Source: Pavona decussata (lineage: Eukaryota). Taken from it: a stretch of DNA of 64,000 bases. Shown here one piece after another: positions 1 through 11,437 of this stretch. How positions within the stretch are numbered: position 1 is the stretch's first letter; every line of letters starts with the position of its first letter. The DNA is taken from assembly GCA_977016875.1 (NCBI GenBank), contig CDRNST010000088.1, forward strand, positions 2,604,001-2,668,000, written 5' to 3'. Below the pieces are notes generated by a model. It did no database searches and was not told the origin of the DNA. It was given only the letters and a program-made list of their open reading frames with translations. The position numbers and the translations under genes are program-made.

Positions 1-1
1 C

Positions 2-793
2 GTTGTCCAGGTGCTCCTGCTGGGCCGCGATGCATTCTGACTTTGCGCTCTCTGAAAGGTTTGCAGCGCGTTGAAGTGTTGTGGTGTTTTGTTGGCATGT
101 CCTACATAAATCTGTCATTGGCTTCGCTACAACAACGTCAGGGTAAAACTCGTGCCATAACTGTCTGAACTTTTTGTAGCTGACCGCGTGTTTGTTTGAA
201 TTTTCGCATGCAGAGTTGTAGACCCGCCAGACACTCATTTTCGACTCCGATGTAGACAGCATTTTTACATCGTCGCTTTTAAATCCTGGAATACGCCCCG
301 GTAGGATAATGGCATTTTCCTCTACATAGTTTTGAATAAAAGCGTGCACGTCATCAATGGTTGAATACTGTGTCGCATTGTCAGGCACTCTGTTTGAGTT
401 TCCATGTGTTCTTTGGCAAATGCCATGCTGTTCATAGTGGTCTTTGAGGCGACGAAATCGGTTGTATCCTACCCCGTAAAGATGCAAGAACATGTCTTTG
501 CATATTTGTCTCCCTTGAAAATGAAAACTGCAGCGAGGGCTCCTATTTCTTTTTTCTCCAACATAGTCGATGTGAGTGAATGCTTGAATGTTGGCTAAGA
601 TGACTAAATCGAGTTCTCCACTTGTCAGCTCAAGGCAGTTGTTGAGGTTCACAAGAACTGTCTCTATTGAAAACTGTTCCGAACATGGACCTCCCTTACA
701 GCTCAGTTGACATCGGCACCCATCTTGTAAGAACTTTGCTGTTTTTTCAAAAATGTCGTTGCTGCAGTTTTCTTCCGAATTAAGCTCCGCCAT
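2..793 (-). CDS. N-terminal part of a putative Sola-like (Sola2-type) DNA transposase; open reading frame continues past the window edge
   Basis: Manual translation from ATG at 793 gives 264 codons with no stop: MAELNSEENC...GCRCQLSCKGGPCS...ICKDMFLHLYG...THGNS...AIILPGRIPG...FRQLWHEFYPDVVVAKPMTDLCRTCQ. The HGN, LPGR and KPxxDxCxxC motifs resemble Sola-type transposase N-termini. It is absent from the ORF track because no stop falls in the window. Confidence 0.65.
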   Translation of the reverse strand, partial: MAELNSEENCSNDIFEKTAKFLQDGCRCQLSCKGGPCSEQFSIETVLVNLNNCLELTSGELDLVILANIQAFTHIDYVGEKRNRSPRCSFHFQGRQICKDMFLHLYGVGYNRFRRLKDHYEQHGICQRTHGNSNRVPDNATQYSTIDDVHAFIQNYVEENAIILPGRIPGFKSDDVKMLSTSESKMSVWRVYNSACENSNKHAVSYKKFRQLWHEFYPDVVVAKPMTDLCRTCQQNTTTLQRAANLSESAKSECIAAQQEHLDN

Positions 794-1599
794 CGTGTTA
801 GATTGAAGTGAAAGCATTTGATTATTGTTTTTGCTTCGGTTGTCATAGCTACGAACAGGGAAGACAAGACAATGCATTGGTATATGAGCACGTGCCACAC
901 GCTGGTGTCTTTGTTTTGAACTGAAAATACAGAGACGGCTTTTCGATCGCGTGCAAAAAGAATTACAGCCAAGAAATGCCTTGGCACTTTTTCACAATCT
1001 GTGCGCTCAAAAGAAGGGAATTTTGCTTGTTCAGTCATCTTAATGCGTGGAGATGACGTTTTACAAAAGTGTTAAGAGCGACATGTAAATAAAGCACGCG
1101 CCAGCCTGTGAAAGTTTTATACCAAAAAGCTGACAAATACGCTCGCAGTAACTGCAACCGACACATCGTGAAAATCGTTTCCACAAATTGTGCCTTCAAC
1201 ACGCGGGCTTCAACAGAATACTTTTTTGCTGGTTAAACCATCTTTATTCGCCTTGTAGAATCGGACATACGACTTTCTGTAAACTTGCCGCGTCATGCCG
1301 CAGACGCCATGTGCATAAAATTTAAATTGTTTACCATTAACAAAAGTGACTGATGCTCACAATAATTTATATAACCGAGAAGTTCCCGGTATATCGTGGA
1401 AATCTTTATCGTTTCCGTAAAATTCCCTATTAGAGAATCTTGAAACTTCTTTCCGCGCCTTGAGCACGAAAATGCAGATGCAACAATAATTATTGTCGGC
1501 ATAAATTGGTAATTAGTACGTTGTGTTTGCAGCTACGATATGGCTGCTTGTTTACTCTGACGACGACGGAGCTTGGTTATTTGAACGACTGGTCGAGAA

Positions 1600-1796
1600 C
1601 TAACCGTTTAACAAACGGTTTGCTTAAAACGTTGAATGGATACTAGATTCTGTTAAAAGGATAGGAAACGTTTTGTCCAAAACGTTAAACGGATAACAAA
1701 CGTTTTATCCAAAACGTTAAACAGATAACAAACGGTTTGTCCAAAATGTTAAACGGATGCCCTATTTTTTAAACGGTTTAGAAAGGCACTAAAACG
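1600..1796. repeat. AAACG(G/T)-rich short tandem repeat tract (about 32-bp units), continued at about 7820-7945 beyond the YR element
   Basis: Repeated aaacggataacaaacgttttatccaaaacgtt. Similar aaacgg/aaacgtt motifs resume after 7820, suggesting the YR element inserted into this tract. Confidence 0.6.
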
Positions 1797-2147
1797 TTTT
1801 ATGTCCTTCCCTCGGTTATATTACTAAAAACTGGGGTACTGCATTGGCTGAGCTCTGTTTACTGGGCAATAAAGACACAAATGCCATATGGGTCAAAATG
1901 GCTATGGGAAAAGCCCATAGCCGCTTTAATTGTAATAAACAGAATCACAAAACTAGTGTACAAAATAAGTTTATCAAAAATACTTTCACCACATTGGCTA
2001 CATAAAAATATTCAGCCCAGTAAAGGTGAGGGCACAAAAAGGCCAAAAGCATCATTGAAAAAGCAATGATGCAGCCCCACCCCAGGCAATGCAGTACCCA
2101 CTGAAAACAAGAACAGTACCAAATTTGGTGACTAAGGAATAAAGATA

Positions 2148-2555
2148 CTTATTGTATGCTGCCCCTGCAAGACATACACAAGTAACTGCTAAAATAAATG
2201 AGGGATTGAAACTGCTGCCCATGAAGATAACTTGAAACCTCTATAGAAATATTGCTGGTCCAGAAAAGTTCTATACATTAAAATGTTTAACATGGAAAAT
2301 TAATAACCTGAGAGTACTAATGCATGCTGCCCCTGCAAGACATACACAAGTAAGCCATAAAAGAAATGAGGGATTAAAAACTGCTGCCCCTGCAAGACAA
2401 TTCAAAAACCCTCTTTATAGAAATACTGCTGGTCAACTCAATAACGTGATTTAGTGCCAATGTATGCTGCCCACGAAAGACATATACAAGTTACCTCTAA
2501 CTTAAAAAGGGGGTGAAACTGCTGCCCCTGCAAGACAATTTGCAACCTTCTTTTA
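2148..2555 (-). repeat. Three ~150-170-bp repeats, each with two hairpins carrying the motif gctgcccctgcaagac (six copies), in the 3' UTR of the YR element
   Basis: Motif copies near 2158, 2214, 2326, 2383, 2466 and 2521, flanked alternately by gtatg/catac stems and gagg(g)/(c)cctc-type stems. Confidence 0.75.
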
Positions 2556-2629
2556 ATACCCCCATCGAACAGATAAGGATAGTAACTGTTAGAAACTCCT
2601 GATTCCAAGCCCCTTTTGCTTCTATTGAA

Positions 2630-3325
2630 TCAAATTAAGGCACAAAGAATATACAGCCTATATGTAGCTAGATATTGCCTAGTTGGGAAAGTTGGCAATG
2701 CGAAATGCTGTTGACTTCCAATGACCAATCCACTAATTTGTGCCTCAGTGAAGCCCTGTTCGGCTGCATGAGAAGCGGCACCAATTCTAAAACTGTGGCC
2801 CTTATACCTAGAAGGGTCTAAATTACAATGAACAAGGGCTCTAGAAAGGAAATTAACAAACATTTCCCTGGAAACTGCTTGACTCCTAGTAGAAACAAAT
2901 AGTGGCCCAGGCTGATGACCTCTTATGCTTAGGTACTCCAACATTACATTAACCGGACAAAAATTCCCTAAACAAGAAATTGTCAAAGAAAAGGTAGGAC
3001 GATTGTAGCTGTGTTTGTAATTACGAAAAGACAATTTAAGTGCCACAACATGTTATTTTGAATCAACAAGCTGAGTTAGCTGATCAAGCTGCAGAGGCAC
3101 GGCCGGCTTATTACTCGACACAACAGTCATTTCACCAACCCTAAGGAAGGCATAAAAAGCTAAAGAGCACATGGCCAAAAAAGAGCTGCATTTTCCCTAG
3201 AGATGGCCACCACAGCAGCAGCCTGGACTAATCTGTGCAAAATAGGTAAGGTCAGAGGTAGCCGGCTGTCTAGTCGGAAACCCACCTTCCCATAACCTTT
3301 CAACATCTGGACTATAAAGTAAAAA
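2630..3325 (-). pseudogene. Tyrosine recombinase of the DIRS/Ngaro-type element (frameshifted)
   Basis: RLPLTLPIL, AFYAFLRVGEMT (box I Arg), CPV, GPLF and YKGHSFRIGAAS (HxxR box II) across ORFs 3160-3357 and 2630-3046. Confidence 0.9.
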
Positions 3326-3490
3326 GGCCCGACCTGGAACGATAACGGAACAAGCAAAGTTGAGAAATCCGGTGAGGGACTGGACTTCCCGCAAGGTTAC
3401 CTTCTTCCTTTTAAGAAAATCTGATATAATGCCTATACACTTGTCAACTTTGTCCAGTGGTAAGCAAGCTTCCATAAAACAAGAATCGAG
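3326..3490 (-). pseudogene. RT C-terminal fragment of the YR retroelement (RT core and RNase H deleted)
   Basis: EACLPLDKVDKC...KKVTLREVQSLTGFLNFACSVIVPGRAFL is typical of the DIRS RT thumb region. Confidence 0.8.
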
Positions 3491-3852
3491 CTCAAGGCCT
3501 GAGCTACCAGTGGATGTGATGGACCAGGAGCAGAAGGTGGCCGTGAAGTTGAATGTGAAATTGGAGGCAGTAGAGGAGCAAGGTTGTTGGTGACCTCTTG
3601 CATAACAAGGGCCAAGATCTGGTTGACGATGACACTAGAAAGTACAGGCAAAACGTCCTGACCAGGGCCATTGTATCCAGCAAGAAGCTCTGGTTGACTG
3701 TGAGCAGGACTACTTCCATCTGACTGATCTCTGGTGGCACCTGCTTCTGAGCGCTGAACAACAGCAGTGGCAACGTGTTGGGTTGATTGAAACTTGGACA
3801 ACTTAAAGGTGGCCAAAGGTGCTGCCTTTTGCTTTGTTTGTTTAGGAAGCAT
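3491..3852 (-). pseudogene. N-terminal part of gag-like ORF of the YR element
   Basis: MLPKQTKQKAAPL..., Pro/Ser-rich. The ATG at 3852 is preceded by a polypyrimidine-AG tract. The frame is fused by deletion to the RT fragment. Confidence 0.55.
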
Positions 3853-3934
3853 CTGAAAGGAAAGTGAAAAAGAAAGCCAGGAGCCCTCGAAGTACAATGA
3901 AGTTGTGCCTGGTGCATACCACAGTACACAAGGA

Positions 3935-6865
3935 TGAAAACCCTCAAATAGAATGGGATTGAAGCCCGAGAAAAAACAAATGAGGATCAAAGCCCTCACC
4001 AAAATAAAAACGTTGATCGAAGCCCAAGTAAAATAAAAGTGAGGTTTGAAGCCCTCAAGGTAATTTCGACTTGAATAGAAGCCCAAGATAAAATAAAATT
4101 GAGGATAAAACCCCTTAAATAAAGATCAACTTGGATCGAAGCCTAAGAATTAATAAAAATTGAGGATCGAAGTCCTCAAACACACAAATGAGGATCAACG
4201 CCCTCACCATAATATAAACTTGCATCAAAGCCCAAGTAAAATAAAAAGTGAGGATCGAAGCCCTCAAAGTAACATTAACTTGGATCGAAGCCCAAGAATA
4301 AACAATAATGAGGATCGAAGCCCTCAAACTAAGATCAACTTGGATCGAAGCCCAAGAATTAATAAAAATTGAGGATCGAAGTCCTCAAAGACACAAATGA
4401 GGATCGAAGCCCCCACCATAATATAAACTTGATCGAAGCCCAAGTAAAACAAAAAGGGGGGATCGAAGCCCTCAGAGTAATATCAACTTGGATCGGAGCC
4501 CAAGAATAAACAAAAATGAGGATCGAAGCCCTAAAATAAGATCAACTTGGATCGAAGCCCAAGAATAAATAAAAAGTGTGGATCGAAGCCCTCAAAATAA
4601 GATCAACTTGGATCGAAGCCCAAGTAAAATTAAAAAGTGAGGATCGAAGCCCTCAAAATAAGATCAACTTGGATCAAAGCCTAAGAATAAATAAAAATTG
4701 AGGATCGAAGTCCTCAAACACACAAATGAGGATCAAAGCCCTTACCATAATATAAACTTGGATCGAAGCCCAAGTAAAACAAAAAGTGGGGATCGAAGCC
4801 CTCAAAGTAATAGCAACTTGAATTGCAGCCCAAGAATAAACTAAAATGAGGATCGAAGCCCTCAAACTAAGATCAACTTGGATCGAAGCCCAAGAATTAA
4901 TAAAAATTGAGGATCGAAGTCCTCAAACACACAAATGAGGATCAAGGCCCTCACCGTAATAAAACTTGGATCGAAGCCCAAGTAACAATAAAAAGTGAGG
5001 ATCGAAGCCCTCAAAATAAGATCAACTTGGATCGAAGCCCGAGAATAAATAAAAATTGAGGATCGAAGCCCTCAAAATAAGATCAACTTGGATCGAAGCC
5101 CAAGTAAAAATAAAAATTGAGGATCGAAGGCCTCAAAATAAGATCAACTTGGATCGAAGCCCGAGAATAAATAAAAATTGAGGATCGAAGCCCTCAAAAT
5201 AAGATCAACTTGGATCGAAGCCCAAGTAAAAATAAAAAGTGAGGATCGAAGCCCTCAAAATAAGATCAACTTGGATCGAAGCCCAAGAATAAATAAAAAG
5301 TGAGGATCGAAGCCCTCAAAATAAGATCAACTTGGATCGAAGCCCAAGTAAAAATAAAAAGTGAGGATCGAAGCCCTCAAAATAAGATCAACTTGGATCG
5401 AAGCCCAAGAATAAATAAAAATTGAGGATCGAAGCCCTCAAAATAAGATCAACTTGGATCGAAGCCCAAGTAAAAATAAAAAGTGAGGATCGAAGCCCTC
5501 AAAATAAGATCAACTTGGATCGAAGCCCAAGGATAAATAAAAATTGAGGATCGAAGCCCTCAAAATAAGATCAACTTGGATCGAAGCCCAAGTAAAAATA
5601 AAAAGTGAGGATCGAAGCCCTCAAAATAAGATCAACTTGGATCGAAGCCCAAGAATAAATAAAAATTGAGGATCGAAGCCCTCAAAATAAGATCAACTTG
5701 GATCGAAGCCCAAGTAAAAATAAAAAGTGAGGATCGAAGCCCTCAAAATAAGATCAACTTGGATCGAAGCCCAAGAATAAATAAAAATTGAGGATCGAAG
5801 CCCTCAAAATAAGATCAACTTGGATCGAAGCCCAAGTAAAAATAAAAAGTGAGGATCGAAGCCCTCAAAATAAGATCAACTTGGATCGAAGCCCAAGGAT
5901 AAATAAAAATTGAGGATCGAAGTCCTCAAAATAAGATCAACTTGGATCGAAGCCCAAGTAAAAATAAAAAGTGAGGATCGAAGCCCTCAAAATAAGATCA
6001 ACTTGGATCGAAGCCCAAGAATAAATAAAAAGTGAGGATCGAAGCCCTCAAAATAAGATCAACTTGGATCGAAGCCCAAGTAAAAATAAAACGTGAGGAT
6101 CGAAGCCCTCAAAATAAGATCAACTTGGATCGAAGCCCAAGAATAAATAAAAATTGAGGATCGAAGCCCTCAAAATAAGATCAACTTGGATCGAAGCCCA
6201 AGAATAAATAACAATTGAGGATCGAGGCCCTCAAAATAAGATCAACTTGGATCGAAGCCCAAGTAAAATTAAAAAGTGAGGATCGAAGCCCTCAAAATAA
6301 GATCAACTTGGATCAAAGCCTAAGAATAAATAAAAATTGAGGATCGAAGTCCTCAAACACACAAATGAGGATCAAAGCCCTCACCATAATATAAACTTGG
6401 ATCGAAGCCCAAGTAAAACAAAAAGTGGGGATCGAAGCCCTGAAAGTAATATCAACTTGGATCGAAACCCAAGAATAAACAAAAATGAGGATCGAAGCCC
6501 TCAAACTAAGATCAACTTGGATCGAAGCCCAAGAATTAATAAAAATCGAGGATCGAAGTCCTCAAATACACAAATGAGGATCGAAGCCCTCACCATAATA
6601 TAAACTTGGATCAAAGCCCAAGAATAAAGTCCTCAAATTAAAATTATCTTACGTCGAAACCCAAGAATTAACAACAGGTGGGGATCAAAGTCCTCAAAAT
6701 AAAATAACCTTGGATCGAAGCCCAAGAACAATAACAATTGAAGGAGCAAAGCCGTTTCCACAGCATAAACTAGGACCAAATCCTTCAACATTACATAAAC
6801 TAGTATTGAGGCCCTAGAAAAAAATAAACACTTGTTGAAGCCCAAACACTTAAAAACAAAGAGGG
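3935..6865 (-). repeat. Tandem array of about 95 ~30-bp stem-loop units (61-bp dimer; 122-bp and longer higher-order repeats)
   Basis: Unit tgaggatcgaagccctcaaaataagatcaacttggatcgaagcccaag(t/a)a(a/t)aaataaaa(ag/at). Two stem types, tgagg/cctca and cttgg/ccaag, surround the same core atcgaagc. The centre (about 4990-6310) is homogeneous and the edges are diverged. Confidence 0.95.
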
Positions 6866-6990
6866 GATCTCAAACAATAAAAGGAGTCAATCTTGGCGCC
6901 GCAGAAGCGTGACCCACATAAAATAACTTAAAACAAAGGGATAAACAGGCATTTAAATAAAAACAGGGAAGGTAATGGCTAATTAAAAGG

Positions 6991-7512
6991 TCAAACAAAA
7001 GACAAAGCCTGTAAAATGGCGGCACGATAACTACGATACAAACGATACTGTCCTAAACGATTAACGTGAACCCCATCGGCTAACAATAACTTTCCAGCCT
7101 TATTATAAAAACCCTAGTGAAACCAACAAAAAACGTAAGGAAGGGGCGCTAAAAGTGAACGAACTAATTCATTGCAGATGGCCACCTTGTCGTTGAAAGC
7201 ACATGGCGAACGACGCGGGATGACATGACAAGCAAATATCGCTTTTACCGAAAAGCGATCGTGCAGTAAACGAACCAAAACTTCGATGGAAGCACCTATA
7301 AGCGAGTGCTCCTCAGTAGAAAGATCATTGGTACCGATTTCTAGGATAACTATATCCAGGAGTAAGCGAGAAACAATAACAAGATCGTAAGACCAAAGCT
7401 TAGGGACATTGCAGCCGCCATGCCCAGACAAGCTAACGCGTGCACGGCTTGCAAGATTAAAATCAACGAAAGAGTGACCCCAAACCAAAACCCGGGGCAA
7501 GTCGGAAGACAT
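6991..7512 (-). pseudogene. SGNH/GDSL hydrolase (esterase) ORF of the YR retroelement
   Basis: VLVWGHSFV (block I), IVILEIGTNDL (block III), and LADGVHVN (DxxH, block V) after an in-frame stop at 7114-7116. Confidence 0.85.
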
Positions 7513-7966
7513 TACAGCGGAGAAAAGACAAGGAAAACAAAATATGTTACCTTTCAACGTCCTTTCGCATTAAAGTAGCGAAAAACTTTCGACGTCCTTT
7601 CACACTGAAGTAGCGAGGCAGAATGAGACATAACTCCGGGTCCCCACGCGATTTACAATGCGCTCTATAGGGGGTACAAAGGAATGCCCCCAACCACTCA
7701 ACCTGTCCTGAATCGATAATTACTCATTTTTGTCTAAAATTCATATTAATTGAATGAATAACACAACTTCTCGGGTAGGGACATAAAAACTCTATTTGTA
7801 AACAAATATTTCATTTACCAAAATCGTTAAACGGATGCGAGAGTTTAGTAAACGGATAAGAAAAGCGTTTAAACGCTTGTGCGACCCGTTTAAACGGACG
7901 TTAAACGGCTATAAACGGATTTTTCCGTTAAACGGTAAAGCGTTAGTGTCTGTTTTCGCTTTCCAG

Positions 7967-9090
7967 GTCACATATGGTTTGACCAAGCTTGAGTTCACCT
8001 TTTCCGTGTTCGAAGAAATTTACCAGAAGCAGCAGGATGAATTACGTTTGGCCATCGCTGGAATAAGCAAAGAGTACGAACTTTCGGAGTTAGTGTCTCA
8101 CCTTGAGGTCTCAACAGACACATGGTTTCGCTGGTCAACCGAAGAAAGGGAGAAGTAGGTCCCGGACATGAATAAAATGTCAGTGGAAGACGCACTGGGT
8201 AGGAAATCCATTCGTGAACCTGATGTACCAAAACAGTTACCAGCGAAAGAATTCACCGAGTTGTCCATAGATGTAGCCCAATTTCTGGAGCAAAATATGG
8301 GATACAAGTTGGTCACAGCAAGGCATGTCGCGGAAAACGCCCTACTTTTAGTAAACCACCCACTTGCCATCCAGGAGCAACCAACCTTGCAACCGGCCAA
8401 TAACAAATTTGAAGTCGCTGCAATACACGCCAAGAACGGTAGAGTACAGTGTACCGTTAACACAAATTTCGTGTCGTGCAATTGTCCCAGCTACAAATTT
8501 GACTATATTTGCAAGCATTCCATTGCTGTCGCTCAGTTAAAAGGGTGCCTAGAAATGCACTTAAAATATGTTCACAAGAAATCAAGGGCAAGGTTCCCCA
8601 AAACCGCTCTGGCAGAAGCCAATGTGGACAAGCAGCGCGCAGGGAAGAAAGGAGGCAGAAATAAATCTAAGTTTCGCCCCTTGAAACAACAAAGCGCACC
8701 AACTGAAGTTCCCCAAGGAAGCAGCAATGGTGTCTATACAGAATTACACCACAACGACAATCCTTTCATTGTCCGCATTCTTCCTGAAGAGGCAAAGAAG
8801 TGCAAAAGCTACAATGTGGACTTCTGTCACCGCCAAAGACACCTCCCGTTTGATTTGGTTCTGCAGCACAAAGAAAGGTGGTATTTTCCGTAAATGGGGA
8901 TTGGAAAAACAAAGTTCCGTCAAACAAAGAAGGATCAAGATTTTATCACGCCAACCTTCAGAAATGTCTCAAACCCAGGTTTCCGTACATCTCGTCGCAG
9001 TATATACACATTCCAGAGGAAACGCTCCCAAAGCTGCACGAATCACACAAGGGACTTCTCAGGAGGGAGTTTCAAATGGACATATCATAG
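7967..9090 (+). pseudogene. SWIM zinc-finger protein, probably the C-terminal part of a MULE-like transposase gene
   Basis: CNCPSYKFDYICKHSIAV is a SWIM motif (CxCx7CKH). There is an in-frame stop at 8156-8158, a frameshift near 8890, and a splice-acceptor-like ttttcgctttccag near 7966. Confidence 0.65.
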
Positions 9091-10799
9091 AGATTGAGAA
9101 TTGATAAACAAAGGAGTAGCAAATGAGCTCTATTACATGCCTCAACGAGATGAACACTGAGAAATTGGACAAGGCATTTCGCCAATGTAATTCATTAATT
9201 TAACTTTAGTGACAAGGCATTATGGACCCCTTGTCCTTTGGGCCTATATATGAAACATTGTTTGTATCTCACTGTTCCTCTCGTCACTGAAATTCACGAT
9301 GAATACTTTAAGGAAAACCTGAGGACTAATAGTTTTAAGTGTGTGAGCTTCATCGGCGTCTTTTTCACCATGATTTAATTAAGAGCTGTTCAAACAGTTA
9401 AAGGCGGACATTTCGCCAGATTAGACCTTCACTTTGTAGTGCTTAGAGAGTTTCATGTTCTTGTTGTGTTTGTTGTTGTTGTTTCCTAAGTTTGTCACAG
9501 TAGTGAAGAACTGTCGATTTTGTGCGAATGGTACTTTTCAAAGCCACTGTTTAAATCTACTACTTACTTTAATTGAATCTAACTATTGTATGTTGCACGT
9601 TCCAGTTTTTGGCATTCAGTGAGGCGCTTTCCATAAGTCTAGATGGATGTCATCGTCTCATTAGAAAGAGGTGAACAAAGGGTCACAACCTCCCGAATGT
9701 GTCAAATTTTTCCGTTTCAAATGGTTTGAACGGAGATCGCTGAAAGCGCCCCATTTGGAAATCATATGCATGTTAATGTTATTTTTGAAATTTAAGAGTA
9801 GTTTTGTTAGCAAAGGTTAATCATAATTTTACATTTTATACTACAGATAAAACTAAGTCTTGATTGTCAGCGATTTCGTACCTTATATTTAACGAATCTG
9901 TTTATGTTTCTAGTTTGTACACTCTTGGCTTGCCTAATTACAACTCGTGTTGTAATTATTCCAAAACTACATTGCTCGTGTATTCGACCGTGTTGGATAC
10001 AGTTGAGCTACGTGCATACCACAGCACAGACCAAATTGTTATACATTTTTGATCCTTTTTACATAAACTCAATGTTTCAGCCTGAGGTATGTTCTTAACA
10101 TGTTCTTAACTTTTAGTCCCTTTTCAGCCTCAACTTTCTTATAAAAGAAAAAGAGTGTTACTTTAATGAAGGATCAAATTTTCTTTTTAATTAGAATTTG
10201 CCTTCTGAGGTATTTTCTCAGGGATGCGCGTTTTTCACCAACAGGACACCTACCATGATGATAGCATTACGATTTCTAAGGGGGGAAAAAGTGCACTAGG
10301 AGACTTCTTTAACACAACTGTCTCAGCGGCGGGTTCCACTGGTAACTTAGAATCGGCGGTAAAAACCTCGTGAACATCGTAAAGTGACATTCTGATTTTC
10401 AAAAAAAAAAAAACAAACACCTGGCAATTTCAATGGATTCGACGTGGACATATCGAGCAGACAGGACGACATGTGCAAGAAGACAATTGGAAATTCGCAC
10501 TACTAAAATACCTGAATTAATGTGGATAACTTTCGTGAGTTCTAATTGGTCCATGGTTTCCAAGGTAATCGTTAACCAATGGAATCTCATGAAATTTACC
10601 AAACGATCCTAGAAATTTTTGTATATCGAACACGAGTATTGTCAACCCACTCCTTCCCCTCCCAGGATTTGTAATGATACCTAATTTCCCCTAAATCGCA
10701 GTTTAATACAAATGCTGTCTTGTGTATATCAATACTGACAAAGGCACTTGAAAGAATTTGTCTGTAGGTCTTCCGCTAAACTCCACTGAGCTGAGGTGA

Positions 10800-10888
10800 A
10801 AGGGTCTTCGTTTTCGACGAGGGGTCTTCATTTTCGATGAGGGGGTCTTAGGTCTTCGGTTTTGGGGTCCTCGTTTTCGAAACATCCC
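10800..10888 (-). repeat. Subterminal (ggtcttcgttttcga)n repeats, probably the end of a DNA transposon
   Basis: Four to five degenerate copies ending in cgaaacatccc. Confidence 0.5.
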
Positions 10889-11363
10889 TGGTTACCCGTA
10901 CAGTTTCGGATCGAATTCAAAATATTACTACTTGTTTTCAAAGTGTTAAATGGTATCGCTCCACGTTATATCTGTGATCTCATCAGGAAAAAGGCATCAA
11001 TCAGAAGCTCTTTGAGATCTAATGACCTCACTTTGTTAGAGGTGCCTCGAACCAAATGTAAGACTTTTGGTGATCGAGCATTCGCTTTTGCTGGTCCATC
11101 CAAGTGGAATAAGCTTCCTCTGGCAATTAGGACTGCCAAAAACTTAAATACTTTCAAGAAACACTTGAAGACATTTTTGTTTAAAAAAGCATATGACTTC
11201 TGATTATTCTTTACTTTGTTTATTTTATTTCTTACTTTTTGTTTGATTGATTATTCTTAAATTTTATATTTTATTGATTTTAACTAAATTTTTCATTTTT
11301 ATATTGTAAGCGCTTTTGAATGTTATATAAAAAGCGCTATATAAATTGATTATTATTATTATT
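10889..11363 (+). mobile_element. L2-clade LINE, 3' end (5'-truncated)
   Basis: WLPVQFRIEFKILLLVFK...LRS...GDRAFAFAGP.KWNKLP...FKKHLKTFLF, followed by an agcgcttt...aaagcgct stem-loop and an (att)n tail. Confidence 0.9.
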
Positions 11364-11437
11364 AATATCAACAATTCAGAAAGAATACAATAAACGGCAA
11401 CTTTTTAAAACTTTTACACAAAATGCAGTTGTTACAA

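Larger units (their letters stand above)
1797..7789 (-). mobile_element. Tyrosine-recombinase retrotransposon (DIRS/Ngaro group), internally deleted
   Basis: Imperfect inverted ends ttttatgtccttccctcg (1797) and cgggtagggacataaaaa (to 7789). Minus-strand order is SGNH hydrolase, hairpin array, gag-like ORF, RT C-terminal fragment, tyrosine recombinase. Confidence 0.85.

Noticed and set aside
2148-2555. Hammerhead ribozyme tandem
   Set aside because: There is no CUGANGA...GAAA core on either strand.
4115-6845. ORF-track proteins in the array (MRASIL..., EDRSPQ...)
   Set aside because: These are translation artefacts of the tandem repeat. The 61-bp period does not keep a frame.
3935-6865. CRISPR-like appearance (palindromic ~30-bp repeats)
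   Set aside because: The spacers are short (about 12 nt), A-rich and repeated rather than unique. There are no cas genes and the context is eukaryotic.
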